Positions 1 through 13,363 of a DNA stretch of 64,000 nucleotides are shown here, one piece after another. The stretch covers positions 310,001 to 374,000 of the forward strand of contig JBPGPT010000003.1 of the NCBI GenBank assembly GCA_051047955.1, read 5' to 3'. The translations under genes were made by a program, and so were the position numbers. The stretch comes from Cystobasidiomycetes sp. EMM_F5. Taxonomy: Eukaryota. The notes under the pieces were generated by a model, which had not been told where the DNA came from, did not search any database, and saw only the letters and a list, made by a program, of their open reading frames with translations. The number at the start of each line of letters is the position of its first letter. The stretch's first letter is position 1.

Positions 1-214
1 ACCGCCGCAATCGTTGCCGTATACAGTGCCAAATGTGACGAATGGACATCCGCCGCCCTCGTATCCACAATATTTCGCCAATCCAGCCGTCGCATCTGCA
101 GGCATTCCTCCGTTCCCATCTGTGCAAAACGGAGCGCAGTACCCAGTGGCCGGTGCATCCCAGCACAATATGCTCGATCCTGCCCTCATGCAGGCTCTTC
201 AGCAATCGCGGTGA
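1..214 (+). CDS. 3' end of an unidentified gene (Pro/Ala/Gln-rich C-terminus), truncated by window edge
   Basis: Open frame from the window start to TGA at 212-214 (...MLDPALMQALQQSR*), followed by AT-richer 3' sequence. Confidence 0.5.
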   Translation, partial: PPQSLPYTVPNVTNGHPPPSYPQYFANPAVASAGIPPFPSVQNGAQYPVAGASQHNMLDPALMQALQQSR

Positions 215-1137
215 TACTAGAAATTACAGTAGAGTGATTGCAAATTCGCCGCCAGAGAAGCTGTTCACTGTGAGAAGCTGTATTTACAATCTTTGCTATT
301 TCAAATGTCGTTCATAATCATGATGTCTCCACTGTATCTTCAACGCGATCCAACGCGTTTTTCGCGTTGTATGGCACTAGCTTTCACGCGCAAACTTGTG
401 AAAACCAAACGCGTCTGCTTTTAGTCATAGCTTCTCCGAGCAACATCGGGGAAGTCAGTTCGGCATTGCAGCGTGCCTGAGAAATAGTCAGCAGCGACAG
501 TCAGCACATGCAGCTGATGCAGAGTGAGCGAGTGCAGCCATGATTTGTACGTTTGTAATGCCAGCTGTCAGTAGTGTAAAGGCTGTTGTACAATGGAAAG
601 CCGTGTATATGACTGGCATACTAGTTGAGATTTGTGATATGAATGCTCTGGACGTTCACGAAGAATCGCACGTTCAGAATGTATTTATCGTATCTTGTGG
701 GCCTTATCGTGCATCCAGTCTCTACAGCATGACACCATCTCTAGCTGCTGACTGTGGTTCGGCAGCGGTCGCGCTCTAGTGGGTCGATGTCGATCGCCCT
801 AAGGCGGTGCCTGTCATTCGCGGACGTACGAGTCGTCTAAGTCCGAGGCAGGGAGCGAGTAAGCAGCTGCTAAGCCCGGAAGGCCGAGCAAATGGCTGCT
901 GACAATAGTCTTAGCGCCTGCGCTTACTGCCGAGAGTGGTCGTATTTGCGCTCCACACTAGCGGGCACTGATGAATCAAAGGGAATGAGTCAGGCGTAAA
1001 CGAAACATTAGAAAGGCAGGAGAGAAGCGAGACCTGGCTCTGCTCTTGACACTTGCGCACACAGCACATCAATCCAGCACATTCTACAACACCGCCTCGT
1101 TCATCAATCTTGCACTCTTCCATCACTGTTTGTCAAC

Positions 1138-2278
1138 ATGGAACGAGTCGGCCAGGACTATTTCAGCTCGTTTTACGATCCCGAGGTCGAGCTCGCTCTC
1201 CAACAGCAGTACGAGGAGCAGCTGAGACAGGATGCAGTGCAAGCAATGCTGCTGTATGGCAACAGCGATGGCCTGTCTCCCATGTCCGCTTTCGAAGACG
1301 ACGACACCATCACTCTTGCAGAAGACGAAGCAGAGTCTCAGGCCGATGCCGAAGCGGCGCGTATAGTGGCAATGCTCCAGCAACAACCACAACAACCTAG
1401 ACTACAGCAAGTGATGGAGCTACGAGATGATGCTTCTACAAGCTTTGGCAGTACTAGCTCTAGTGAGTCGCTCTCTCCCGTTTCCACCACCCATATCGCC
1501 CTCACTGACGCTTGTGGGTCTTGTGCCTGACAGCCCCGAGCGATCTGCCTTCCTTGGCACACGATGACGAGGACGACGAAGACGACAGCAGCACGGATGA
1601 GCTAGAACATGACCTGGAAGACACACTCCACATCTCTGCCCTCGATACCTACCCTGTTATTGCTCGCGTAGACTCTGCGGCCACGACGGCTTCAGCTTCC
1701 TCACTTGGCAGCAGTCATCCCCGTACATTACATCGGATACCGGCAGACAAGCATCACATCATCTCCTCTTCCATTCCGTCCAATGCTCCATCGTCATCAC
1801 CACTCGATCCCTCCTCAATCACCATCAAGTCTACATCCTCATCCAAGAGCAAGCTCAAACGCATCTTTGGCTTCTCACAACAGCAAAAGAAGACGAGCAG
1901 CAGAGCACAGACGGTCGAGGTGGAGGACTCGCGAAGTTGCGTCATGAAGAGCCTGACGAGGGAAAACGGACAAAAGTTGGTCAAAGAGAAGCACACTTCT
2001 CTCCGAACCCTATTGACTCGTCATATCCAGCCGCAGCAATGCACACCACACCACCATCGTGCAACGGGTGCGAGCAAGCAAGGCCTGAGTCCTCCTACGT
2101 CATCGAGAATGTCGCAAACAGACGTCGTCGTGCCATGTTTGGCTTACGGTGAGCAATAAGCGGGACATACCTCTGCGATCTCGTGCTCATTGCTTCAATT
2201 GGCACAGGTGCCAAACATGCATTACGATCAGAAGATGATCCTCCGGCATATGTCGATGCTCTAGGCAGAGCTTCCTAA
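1138..2278 (+). CDS. Hypothetical low-complexity protein with acidic N-terminus and a C-terminal PPAY motif
   Basis: ORFs 1138-1530 and 1512-2159 join across intron 1463-1533 (GTGAGT...CTGAC...CAG). A second intron ~2149-2207 leads to a final exon ...RSEDDPPAYVDALGRAS*. Confidence 0.55.
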
Positions 2279-3027
2279 AGCCTGGACATTGCCTCCAGAC
2301 AGCAGGTCGCGAATGACAAAGACTAAATACGGTTAGAAATGGGAACCTGTGATGGTCCGTGCAGTAGTTAAGGGCAATAGTTCGCTCAATCCTGCAATAT
2401 TATCAGACAGCACTAAAAGCTCAATTCTGTCGCGTGAGTGTTTGTGAGGAGAAATGAATGTGAATTGGCCGTATACCATGCAGCTCCCTGCACCGTGCTT
2501 GATATTTGGACCGTCTTCAAACCAGAAAGAGTTCGATATTCGCATCTTTTGCCGCGGCCACCGGGGAATTGCGCTCACGGCGGTGTCATCAGCCTTGACA
2601 GAGAGATAAAGTACGGACGGAAGCTCCGGGACAATGGGGGAGCTACTTTCGGCAGCGAACGCTTTGCGGTACTTGTACAGTATCAGTCAGCATCCAGCAG
2701 TTCTCCGGCGTCCAGCGGCCGTGTGCGAGAATTTGGAGGAAAAAATAGCCAAAGATGACGTGCATGACGATATTTCTGTTGGACACATATGAAGACCTGC
2801 CAGCAGACGGCCTCGTCTGGTGGTCTTCTTCTTCTGGAGTAATGTCAATCACCTTCTACCACTGAGTCGTTTGCGACCGTGCATCCTGCACTGGCGTTGA
2901 CTTCGCGACCAGACCTTCTAATCTATCCACTTCAGCACTTCATAGACCACAGTACGCTGATACGCCGACCAGTTGCAGAATACACACGAGTCTCACTATC
3001 TCTACCATCTTTCCACGTTGCCTGCAG

Positions 3028-3783
3028 ATGCACTTTAGTCCCGGTCACCTGAATCACTGGCACCGACCAGCTGCCGCAAGCTCGTCTCAAACGGCTCCTC
3101 CGAGTAAGTGATATGCTCCGCGGGCTCGTCTACTTATTTCCTTACTGATGCGTGATACGCCAGCGGCTCTCCCACCCAATGCGGATGTGAACATGCCAAT
3201 CATGCCGTCCCCATCCATTTCCAGCCCTTCATCGACAGCGAGTTCTCCGATGACCTCTCCGCATCCTCAGCCTACTTCGCTACATGCACTGGTATCGGAA
3301 CCAGAGTCCTACGTAGCTCAAGCCACTCCTGCGCAACCAAGCGGCGCTTCCAGTCCAGGCGGTATTACAGACAAGCGGCCAGGCCCCAAATTTCGCCCTC
3401 ACAGCCCCTTCAACGTCCGAAAAAAGGCGCAATCTCTTGATTGTGAGCGGTATCCATGTCGTCGAATTCTGCTCAAGACTGATTATTGTCACTTCTTCCT
3501 TCCAGCCAAAAGAGGTGCCGTGCGGGATCCACGTCGTCAACAGTCTTGCCTTCCAGGCTGTGACTGTCCAGGATCTTCAAGGCCTATGTCCCAAGGCCCT
3601 GCGGCTCTACCTGTAGCTCCAATAGAAGCAGATCTATATCTGCAATATGACAGAACGGGCGAGTTGGTCGATAGCGTACAAGCAGTCGGTCAAACGCGCT
3701 GCTTTGTTTCGTGCTTAGGATACTATACTCCACAACACGGCTCCTACGTCAGCGAAAATTTTGGCAGACCGCCAAATTACTGA
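3028..3783 (+). CDS. Hypothetical Ser/Pro-rich protein
   Basis: ATG at 3028, intron ~3105-3163 (GTAAGT...CAG), 211-aa ORF ending at 3783. No recognised domain. Confidence 0.4.
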
Positions 3784-4031
3784 GTACCAACGAAAGCGGG
3801 GATGCTTTTGTCTCAGAATATTCACTCAGATTTCAAGTCGCGAAATCAACGCGAAAATAGACGCAGTGTTTCTGTTCACAGTAGTCAGCCTTCAGTAACA
3901 CAATGTAGCCATCGCCTTGTATTTCTGAAGCAATTCTGCAAATAGCCTCTCTGCGGAAGTTGGCATTTTGGTTTGACCTACGACTGACTCGACCAAATCA
4001 CAGTGCTACAGCTCAGTGAGAAGCAGTTGCG

Positions 4032-5649
4032 ATGAGTGGCAGTACGAGTGCGGGCGGTGCAGGTGAGGCTAGCTCGTCTATGACAACGACCGGCACTCGA
4101 GGTCCAGCAGGCAACGTGACGACCAGCCAAGCTGTACCAAGTCAGATACCACCCGGCCTATTCAAGCGTCAATCATCTACGTCGCTCAGCAGACGTACGA
4201 GCACAAGCAGCTCCAGCCAACTTCACACGCGCTCGCCCGTACTTCAGCCAGTTCCGGACCGCGATGGACCACACCGGTTTCACTCGTCCAACGATGAGCA
4301 GAACCGTCTGCTCAATGCCATGGAGGCAGAAGAAGAAGCACTGGTCATTGGGCTTAGTCGGAAATTGGAGCAGGTAAGCCATGCCTATTTGTACAACACA
4401 TGTCAGACGCAGACTGACGTGAAACAATAGCTTCGTAAAGAGAAGGTGACTCAATAGTTTACTAGATGATCACAGATTCTTCACTTACAGATCTCTAAAG
4501 GTTGAACTGGAGTCCACGCTTGAGATGGAGCAAGAAGGCCTCGTGAATCGCTTGCAACGGCAGCTGTCAACGCTCCTCTCGCAACAGCAACAGAATAACA
4601 GCAGTGTCACCGCGGTGTCACTTCCGTCCTCTCCTTTTGCAAACGATCTCCCCTTGGACATGGCATCCAGTCTAGGAGCGCGCAGCGCCGGTGCAGTCTC
4701 GTCTCCAATCCCTACGCCCAATTTGCAGCACTTGCTGTCGTCAAATGACCCTGCGCACCCACCGCAGGCCGTCGTGATTGAGGCATTGCAGAGCGAAAAC
4801 GTGTCTTTGCGAAGTCGTTTGGCAGATGCGCAAAACCAGGCCAATCAGGCAGGCAAGACGTCTGAAATGTACCGACAGGAGCTCATCAATCTACGAACAC
4901 GAGCAGGACTGGATATTTCAGATCTTCTGTATGCAACCAGCAGCGGTGATGTAAATTCGAGACAGAGCAGCTCGAATGGGTATGCTGGTGGCTCGCGTTC
5001 CAATATTGGTGCCAGTACTGCTGGAGTGCGGATTCCGGGAATATCCAATTCGCCGCCTGTACACTCTCGTCATCCTTCTCATGGCAACAAGTACTCTTAC
5101 GGCGCCTCGTACTCGCCGTCGACTTCGTCGGCGCTGTCGCCGTCTTACTCGGCAAGCCCTATGACTCACGTTACCACGCCTTCGACTTCGTACACAACTC
5201 CACAAGTTCCAGCAAGTACTCCCGTCACCATTGCAGCTTCACTCGCATCTCAGTACAATGTGGCTTCTGGCAGTTCTACTGGGGCGTCAAACACGCCTTA
5301 CGGTTCTGTGACGTCTAGCTCGTCACTGGCATATCCAAGCAATCCACCGCCATCTCTCTCGTCGTCTTACCTCAGTCAAGATTCACTTGGCCCAAGCCAC
5401 TCTGCGTCTCGCGGCTCAGATGTCACATCGCCATATGGATACACACTGAGCAACAGTCCGATCGTTGAAGTAGCGGAGCAAGACCTTGACAACCTCAGAC
5501 AAAACACTCTGCAGAGACGACTTTCGTCTAGTAAACATGGAGCGAGAGTTGCGGAAACAGGAAACTTGCTACGTCGTAGCTCTAGCAACAACAGGAGTAC
5601 AGTAAGCCATGATACTCGGCCGGCTGAACCGGCCAGCAATACCAGCTAA
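4032..5649 (+). CDS. CCDC6-like (DUF2046) coiled-coil protein with long Ser-rich tail
   Basis: Spliced product reads AMEAEEEALVIGLSRKLEQ|LRKEK|VELESTLEMEQEGLVNRLQRQL, a CCDC6-type repeat. Introns 4374-4430 and 4446-4500. Confidence 0.7.
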
Positions 5650-5785
5650 ATGCATGGGTGATTTTCTGCCCGACACGAAGATCAGCGTGCCCTGTATGAA
5701 GGCCGCGCAATCGTTCAGGCTCTCATGTAGCGGCTGCCAGTAGTACCCGGACTATGACGTTGTATTACCTACCGCCTAGCTAATC

Positions 5786-6713
5786 TCAAAAGCCATAAGT
5801 TGCTACCCAGGCGACATGAATAGACATTGCCCCAAGGAAAGCCAGATTCTATAAAAGCACATTACGAAGCTAACTCAGCACAAGCCGGATGCATTGAGTT
5901 CAGATTCACTGACGAGTATTGACGAAGTCCCATGAGCCACTCCGAACTGTGAATTCAAGGCCTTCATCTCAGTTGAGACCTGCGAGCGTTCACAAAGATC
6001 GACGAGTACTGTCCGCGTCAGCAGTGATAGATTTGTGGACGGACGCATACGCACCGCAGACGTAGCTTCCGATTTGCCTTCACTGCGTTCCAGCTTGTGT
6101 CGCTTGTACATGATGCTCGACGTCCATGGCAATACTACGAGCCAGTTGACCAACGAAGTTCCCAGACACCCTGCTGCCAATAACCACGCGTTGGCAACGT
6201 CGGATCGAAGAAGCATCTTTAGATCTAGCATTTCGCGGAACGCGCCCGGATGACAATGTAGCCTGTATAGACAGCCCCACGTTAGCATGACATATGCCCC
6301 AGAAACATGTGGTCATCAGTACCAATTGACGAGCATGAATCCGCTGACATAGCTTGTAAAGCTAAAGTAGCTGTGAAGTGTGGAGAGATCGCAGGCGCAA
6401 TCAGCTCATCAGCTATACGGTGACGGAGAGATTACCGTACACTGGGAAAGTCTTGGCTTGTAGATTGCCAAATTGCTGAGTGCACATCATGCGGGGCAAC
6501 ATTAGCCATGCAATATCCAAAGATCAGATCTGATCCGTCACCACGTACTTGACGCGGGAGATTCTTGTACGCAATGACGCCTTGTATCAGTGATCCCCAT
6601 ACATTGCTTCCAATTGCCAGTCCCGCAGCAAGAGAATGCGCAGATCTCGCATTTGCAAGGCCTGTCAGTGCCGCGATTGTCAGACGGGTTTGTGGAGTCG
6701 TGTAGCCCGACAT
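5786..6713 (-). CDS. TMEM205-like (DUF4149) membrane protein
   Basis: Motifs IQGVIAYKNLPRQ|QFGNLQAKTFPVY, SLVNWLVVLPWTSSIMYKR, MKALNSQFGVAHGTSSIL|NLAFL. Several GT-AG introns. Confidence 0.8.
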
Positions 6714-7665
6714 GCTTGTGCGCAGCCCAAATGGAGGTCAGAGGGATGCGATGTCAGAATGGCGCAAGATGGCGAAAGATGAGGAAGATGGTCGAGCTCC
6801 TCTGAAAGGCTGTCGGTACAGAGCTAACGCAGCATGAAGCTTGTTTATTCGCGAGCCGCCACGACGGAGATTACAAGCAGAAACCCAGCCAGAAATCGTC
6901 ACTCGGTTATCGTCTGGATTGAGCACACATCAGCGACGTATACTGCTCTTCAGTCCTCAGGATCCTTCTGGTTGCCCACCCGGGACTGCCGATGTCACTA
7001 CGTCCATGTGTCAGCTTCAAGTTGAGTTACTAGGATTCGGCTTCCACCGCTTTCGCAATGTCAATACACTCGCATCGTTGAATACGTACATCCACAGAAC
7101 AGACTGCCATACCTACGTTTGCGTTTGTACGGTCTCGCTATTTTCGGTGTATGATTCACATCAGCCCAAACGCAATCTGGCCGATTTTCTCGGATTCCCA
7201 CATGTCTGTACTGATGGACACACCGTTACTAACACTTCTCTATTGTCGACTGAGCATTGCTGACCTTACATGCCGGCGATGTGGTCAGGACGACAGTGTG
7301 GCGGTCGGCTTGACGACTTGGGGAGGGACCGACGGCATAGCTCAAAGCCACGACGCTTTGAAACATTCGTTCTTTTCCTCTCTCCGTAACAAACACATCA
7401 GCTCACTCTCGTTCGAGTCCTTTCGCTTTTCCCGCAGAGAACAGGTGGGGCTGCTTGGTATTTCAGAACTCTTTCAAGTCTCTGATCACTCCACGTCCTT
7501 CATAGGTCTGGTACCTCTCTCTAATCACATTTTTTTAGCCTGGTGCTCGCTTCCCTCTCTATAGGCTGGCCTGTTCGTGAGAGCTTTGAAACCCAGTCTA
7601 CATCTAAGCTCATCCAGTGCCATTGGCCTCACATCCTGGACAATCAGACTCACGTCACATCCATC

Positions 7666-9274
7666 ATGCGCTTCATTACTCTCGTCATCACTCTTGTTGC
7701 TACCAGCACGTTTGTAGCCGCACAAAACAACAACAACAGCCGATTTCGAAATGGACAATTCCGTATGTAATCTGCTCACCCCTCTACATTGGGTCCCGCT
7801 GAACACTTTTGCACATAGGCAACCGTCAGAACGGTTTCAGAAATCGCCAAGGTCAAGGCCAGAACGGTCAGAAAGGGCAGAATGGCCAGAATGGCAATAA
7901 CAGCCAAGTCTCCAAGAGTATCTCTGCTACGGGTACGTGTGACGCGAGCAAACCGCCCGTCACGCTTACTGTAACAGTGACGGCTTCCACCTCTACAGCA
8001 GCTACATCCGCATCTGCAGTAGCTAGTCCAATCAACGCAAATAACGGACAGGCTGGCAAAGGCAACAACACTGGTAACAACGGAAATCAAGACAACAATG
8101 GGAATAACGGAGGTGTCAAAAGTTCCTCTACGTCGACATCTGCTGCAGCAGCAGCAACAGCAGCTGTGGCAGCTACAGGCCAATCGCAAGGCAACATTAA
8201 GAATGCACAGGCACTGCAAAGCTCACTACAGCTCGATTCATCGCAAATCATGAAGGCCGACTCTAACGTTGCCCTCGATGTGAGCATGACATTACCAATT
8301 TGACCAGGTATTGGACTGAGACCGTACTCAGGCAAGCAATCCTTTACTCGCTGCTTCCTCGACATCAACGAACAACTACATCAATAACTGTGCTCTTTTC
8401 CCTCAATTACCCTTGACGAACGGACAACAAGTGCTAGGCGGATCGTGCAACCCAACTCCGATGGGTGTTTTGCCGTCTGTCGACAAGCAGCCCGCGGTCA
8501 AGGTAAGCATACACTTATGCATCTAATCGGACCAACTGACGCAATGATTCCACGTCAGATTACTTTCCCACAGAACATGGGCAACGTCGCTGCCAATACC
8601 GACTTTACGATTACCATCGCGACAAAGAATATTGCAGTCACGACCTTTAACAATCCTACTGTCCGTTACTTCAGCGAGCCGCAGACGCTTGACTCAAGCG
8701 GTAGTATCATTGGCCACGTTCGTGAGTGCAGTCAAATCGGATAACAGCTAAGCATGCGTGCTGATTTCTACGCGCGTACATCGCTGTGCAGATGTATCAT
8801 GTCAACAGATGCAATCCCTGACGAGCAACGAGATTCTTGACCCAAAGACGTTTGCGTTCTTCAATGGTATCGATGACCAGCCATCCGGTGGTCTTTTGTC
8901 AGTCACTGTCCCAGGAGGTCTGGCCGCTGGCTCTTATCGTTGCGGCACAATCACCAGCAGTGCTTCTCACACTCCTGCAGTAAGCTCTACCCATCCGCAC
9001 GTATACTTGCATGAACACTCATCATCTTTCACGATCCATGCAGGTGGGGCCAGTCGCCAAGCATGGTGTATTTGAGGATATTGTCTACTTCACCGTCGGA
9101 GGTACCGGTGGACAGGCTGCGCAGAATGCAAATACGCAGAATGGCTCACAAGGAGACAATCCTATGAACAGCAATGGCAAGATGGGCAAGGGTCGTAACG
9201 GAGGACGCGGAGGCAAACGCGGCAAGCCAAAGCGCGAGGTATCAGACGAAGATGCCGATGAGGAAGATTACTGA
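7666..9274 (+). CDS. Secreted protein: signal peptide, Asn/Gly/Gln-rich linker, conserved Cys-containing fungal domain (family often mis-annotated as 'ribosomal protein s17')
   Basis: MRFITLVITLVATSTFVAA signal peptide. Domain motifs LTNGQQVLGGSCNPTPMG, RYFSEPQTLDSSGSIIGHV, DPKTFAFFNGIDD, GGLAAGSYRCGT, GPVAKHGVFEDIVYFTV. About 5 introns. Confidence 0.7.
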
Positions 9275-9551
9275 GACCAAGAGGTAAGCCTGTGTACGAC
9301 ACGTGTAGCACGCTCACCCTTACGTTTGAATCCTTTGATAGTGAATCTGGCGGCAGCACTAGCCAGAATACGTTAGTTTGGTTTAGCTGGATACTCGATA
9401 CTCGAATAGCTGCTGCCATAACTATCGCTGAACGTGTCGTGTTATGCCAAATTGTAACGTTGCCATCTCAAAGCCTATTGCCATCTTCATGTTGATGTTG
9501 CTATTGCCATATGCATTGTTCGTCTTGCTACTACAGTCTATATCTCCACTC

Positions 9552-10403
9552 TCAACTCGCAGGCGCCACCGTACTGGCTGCAATGCTAGGCGCTGGAATA
9601 GTAGACCCTGCGATGATTGGCTTATGGTCGAGAGGCACTAGTTGATGGCCCAAGCGCGGTAAGGATGACCTCGTCACGAATTCGGATTTTACTGGAAGCT
9701 TAGCCATCGCAAGGCGTAGAGCTGTCGAGGAATCATACGTTAGTCGTTCAGCAAGTGCCAAAGGGCGTATGTGGTATCGACTTACCATCCTTTGCTATTT
9801 GTTCTGCAATTCCGCCTCCACCAATCTCAAATATTACTTTGCCAACCTGAGCTCGGCAAGCCCAGTATTCGAATGTTCCTTTGCCTTTGCCCATACGTGT
9901 CTCATTGCCCTTTAGGTCGTGTCAAGGGGTCAGCATTATAGCATCGATGGGAAGCTCCGACGCACCTTGATGCAGACTGGAATATCCGGAAAGACGCGCA
10001 GGTAGACCCTAGCACCCTTGACTGGTTTGATACCTCTCTTGAGCGCATCAGAAGCGGATTGCAGCTGCTTTGCGCTCAGTCGCGTCTCCTGCGTCACCCT
10101 GATACCAAAGTCTCCATGCTCCAGTAGCGTTCCGGTGATACTGCCTCCAGTCTTTACGGGTATCCGCCCTTTGAAGGCTTTACGGTATTTCGTCCGACGG
10201 GGAGCAAGAGTCGTGCGAGAGCGTGCTTGCTGATATGTAGCCGTTGTGGAAGGCAGCGCTCTCCAGGCTGATGTAGAGGTCGAAGTCGAGGCTAGATTTG
10301 ACGCAGAACTCCCTGTGAACCCGCAGCAAGCGGACCAGCCTCGCATGGATGCTGCCATCCGAACGGTATGCTGCATGCTGGACATAGACATGCTGAGAAG
10401 CAT
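9552..10403 (-). CDS. MRPL16: Mitochondrial ribosomal protein uL16m
   Basis: [60 protein letters not shown]. Basic N-terminal presequence. Confidence 0.93.
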
Positions 10404-10760
10404 TTTGCGGAATTATTGTAAGTGGGAGGGAACTTGATCACTGACTGCAGCATACGACGATGATAGCGCTGGGAATAATGGCAACGATGAAGGAACTGCA
10501 CGCTTGGCCATAACTCCTCGCGTATGTATTTCCATAAGTAAATGCCCAGACTCGAAATGATCTGCCTAGCTTCAATGCCAGAGACTGTTTCCGCGCATAG
10601 CTTGACGTAAATGCATTTCACTGCTTGGTCGCTTAGCACATATCCGTAACGATGAGCTGGAAGCTCGCGACCATTGGAACTGTTTATCGCTGCTCTTGAG
10701 GGCTAGGGGAGCTGGTTCTGCTGGCCAGCGTGCAAGCAGGCTCCTCCGCCCAAACAAGCG

Positions 10761-13177
10761 ATGTATCCGGTGGAGCATGGCATCGACACTCGGAAAGAGC
10801 GGTACCCAAGTACTAATGGCAGCCATGTAGCTTCACAAAACCTACAGGAAGCGACCGATAATTATGCAACTCCATACTCGGACGGAGGCTCGCCCGCCGC
10901 AATCATCAACGGGAACGGTCACAGCCATGCAGGATCTGACAATCGTAGAGCGCTTATAAGTACCTCATCTGGTCAACCATCTGCATCTGCAGCGCAGCGG
11001 GATATTTCCACGAAGACTACCGACCCTGCTTGGCGCCAACACCCGGACCTCATGCCATCACCTTTGACTAGTAACGCTCTGTTGCCCCCTATCGAGACAC
11101 GTCTAGGGCGTAGCGTAGGGCATGGTAAAGGGTACTCAAGCCGCTCTGCAGACAATTTAAACCACCACACGTCAAATTCCCTCTCCATCTCGGCGCCACC
11201 ATCAGCAGCAGCAGGCCCTCTATCGCCAAATTCACCAAGCTGTCCAAATGCAGACGCGCTACACATTCAGCGCACATACGCTCGTATATCCTACATTGGC
11301 GGTATACCCGGCGATGGCTTCGTGGATGGCGTAGAGCTCACGCGCGATAGGTGCACGGAGGAGAGCATCACAGGTTATTTGGAGCATGTCTCCCCCTCTC
11401 TGGGTCAGGGAGAAGGGTTTGCCTCAGCTGGAAATTCGATGCTCGGCAGAAAACCATCTGGAAAAGCATTCAACAATTTCCTCACGGTGCAGGAGGCCGA
11501 GGCTGTAGCAGATCGCGCTAACGGCACTCGTCCCTCCGCATCGACATCTCACTTACCTGAAGCATTCTATGCTCACAATTCTCGTGCACGCAATGTATCT
11601 GGAATTTCCCTCGCTCTTAATACGACGGAAGAGGAACAAGTCCAAGAACTCCGACTGTTGCGCAAAGTAGATCGTTATGGCTTCTTTGCACCCACTTATG
11701 GCCGGCATGCAAGACTTGCACGCCTTGATAGACAGGAATGCCTTGCCCTGCCTGCTAAACAGCTGCCAGGTTCCTCCAGTAGAGCGTCAAAAAGTCGCAA
11801 AGGGAGGGGAACCTCGCAGTCAAAGCAAAATTTGCCGAGTCCATATATCTCGACAAACGATGTCGAAACGAATAGAGTCCCCAGCACGTCGTCTTCACAC
11901 CTCGACTCGCAGAGGTCTTCCGTCCTCCTGCCCGGCGCGCTTGCGCAAACGCCTCGCAGCAATCGCCAATCCGTCGTATCGCGAGATACAACAGCCTCAC
12001 TTTCGTCCTCGCTCAACGTTCCAAATAGACAAACAAGTGCTGGTCCCATGCAATCTGCCCTGCGATTAGCAGACTCGGCTTCACTGCCTGCCTCCGCAAC
12101 GCCGGCAACGAGTCGCGCCAAAGAGACTGAGCGCATTAGTAAATGGTATAGGGAGATGCTCGTACCTTCAGAGCGCGATCAAGGGGGAAATACAGTGGGA
12201 TGGCAGTTTAGCCAAACATCTACACGGAAATTGAGGCGAAGAATTGCCAAGGGTATTCCGGATATCTGGCGATTAGCAGCTTGGCAAGCCCTAGCTACCC
12301 GTCGACAAGGACTTAAACCTCTATCAGACGCGACTCCTCGTCGTTATTTTGAGCTTATCTTACAAGCGTGCAATCACGATGTGCAGATTGATCTGGACGT
12401 ACCGCGTACTATCAGTGGTCATCTATATTTTCACACCCGATATGGGCTGGGGTGAGTGCAACAGTTTCTAGGCCCACGATTAGTACTCATGCCGACCGTC
12501 TTCCAGACAAAGAGGCCTTTTCAATGTCCTGCACGCTTTCGCCTTGCTATGCCCCGAATGTGGGTATTGTCAAGGCATGGGATCCGTAGCGGCTACCTTT
12601 CTCTGCTACATGCCTCCAGAGCGAGCGTACGGCGCCATGGTCTCACTTCACACGACATATGGGCTCCATCGGATGTATGAACCGGGTTTCCCAGGCATGC
12701 TCGAGTGCTTTGCAGCACAGGAAGCCCTCACAAAAGCCTTGATGCCGGAAGTCGCTCAGAAATTCGACGACTCCAATATCAGTGTATCATCGTTTGCTAC
12801 GAAATGGTACATTACCCTTTTTGCAAATACCATATCCTTTTCCACGCAGCTGCGTATATGGGACTTGTTCTTGTTGGAAGGTTTAGACGTCTTGGTGGTG
12901 ACCGCTACAGCTTTGATATGGGCTTTACGCAGTGAGTAACGCTCTGCCACTTTACAAAATGTCGATACTGATATTCCTCTTTCCTTAAGAGCATATCTTG
13001 GCCGCCAGAGCTGATTTTGAGACAACGCTGTCTTTACTGTCATCTTTCTTTGTCCCCGAAGACGAAGACACCTTTATGCGCTGGATACACAAAGTCTCAA
13101 AAAGAGCCGATTGCAAAGCAATCATGCAGGAGGCTCAAGCAGAATGGAGGGCCAGCAACCCCCGCCAATCTGCTTGA
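10761..13177 (+). CDS. TBC-domain Rab GTPase-activating protein
   Basis: VDRYGFF, RRIAKGIPDIWRLAAW, QIDLDVPRT (Arg finger), GYCQGMG (Gln finger), FATKWYITLF, LRIWDLFLLEG. Introns near 12452-12505 and 12932-12989. Confidence 0.92.
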
Positions 13178-13363
13178 AGGGCTTCAGCAGACGATGCACC
13201 AATGATCAAAGTTCATGATCAAGCTTATTGTAGCAGTCGTTGATATGTGTATATATGCGTGCCATCGCTTGCTTGCATGCTGTACTGCATCTAGCATTTT
13301 GCATATAGTATAGAGCATATGATCGCTTTATTCTACAAGCATGTCCAGGAATACTGGAAACCC

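Noticed and set aside
6834..7564. ORFs of 63-140 aa upstream of the secreted protein gene
   Set aside because: No coding features. The pyrimidine-rich sequence fits a promoter or 5' UTR.
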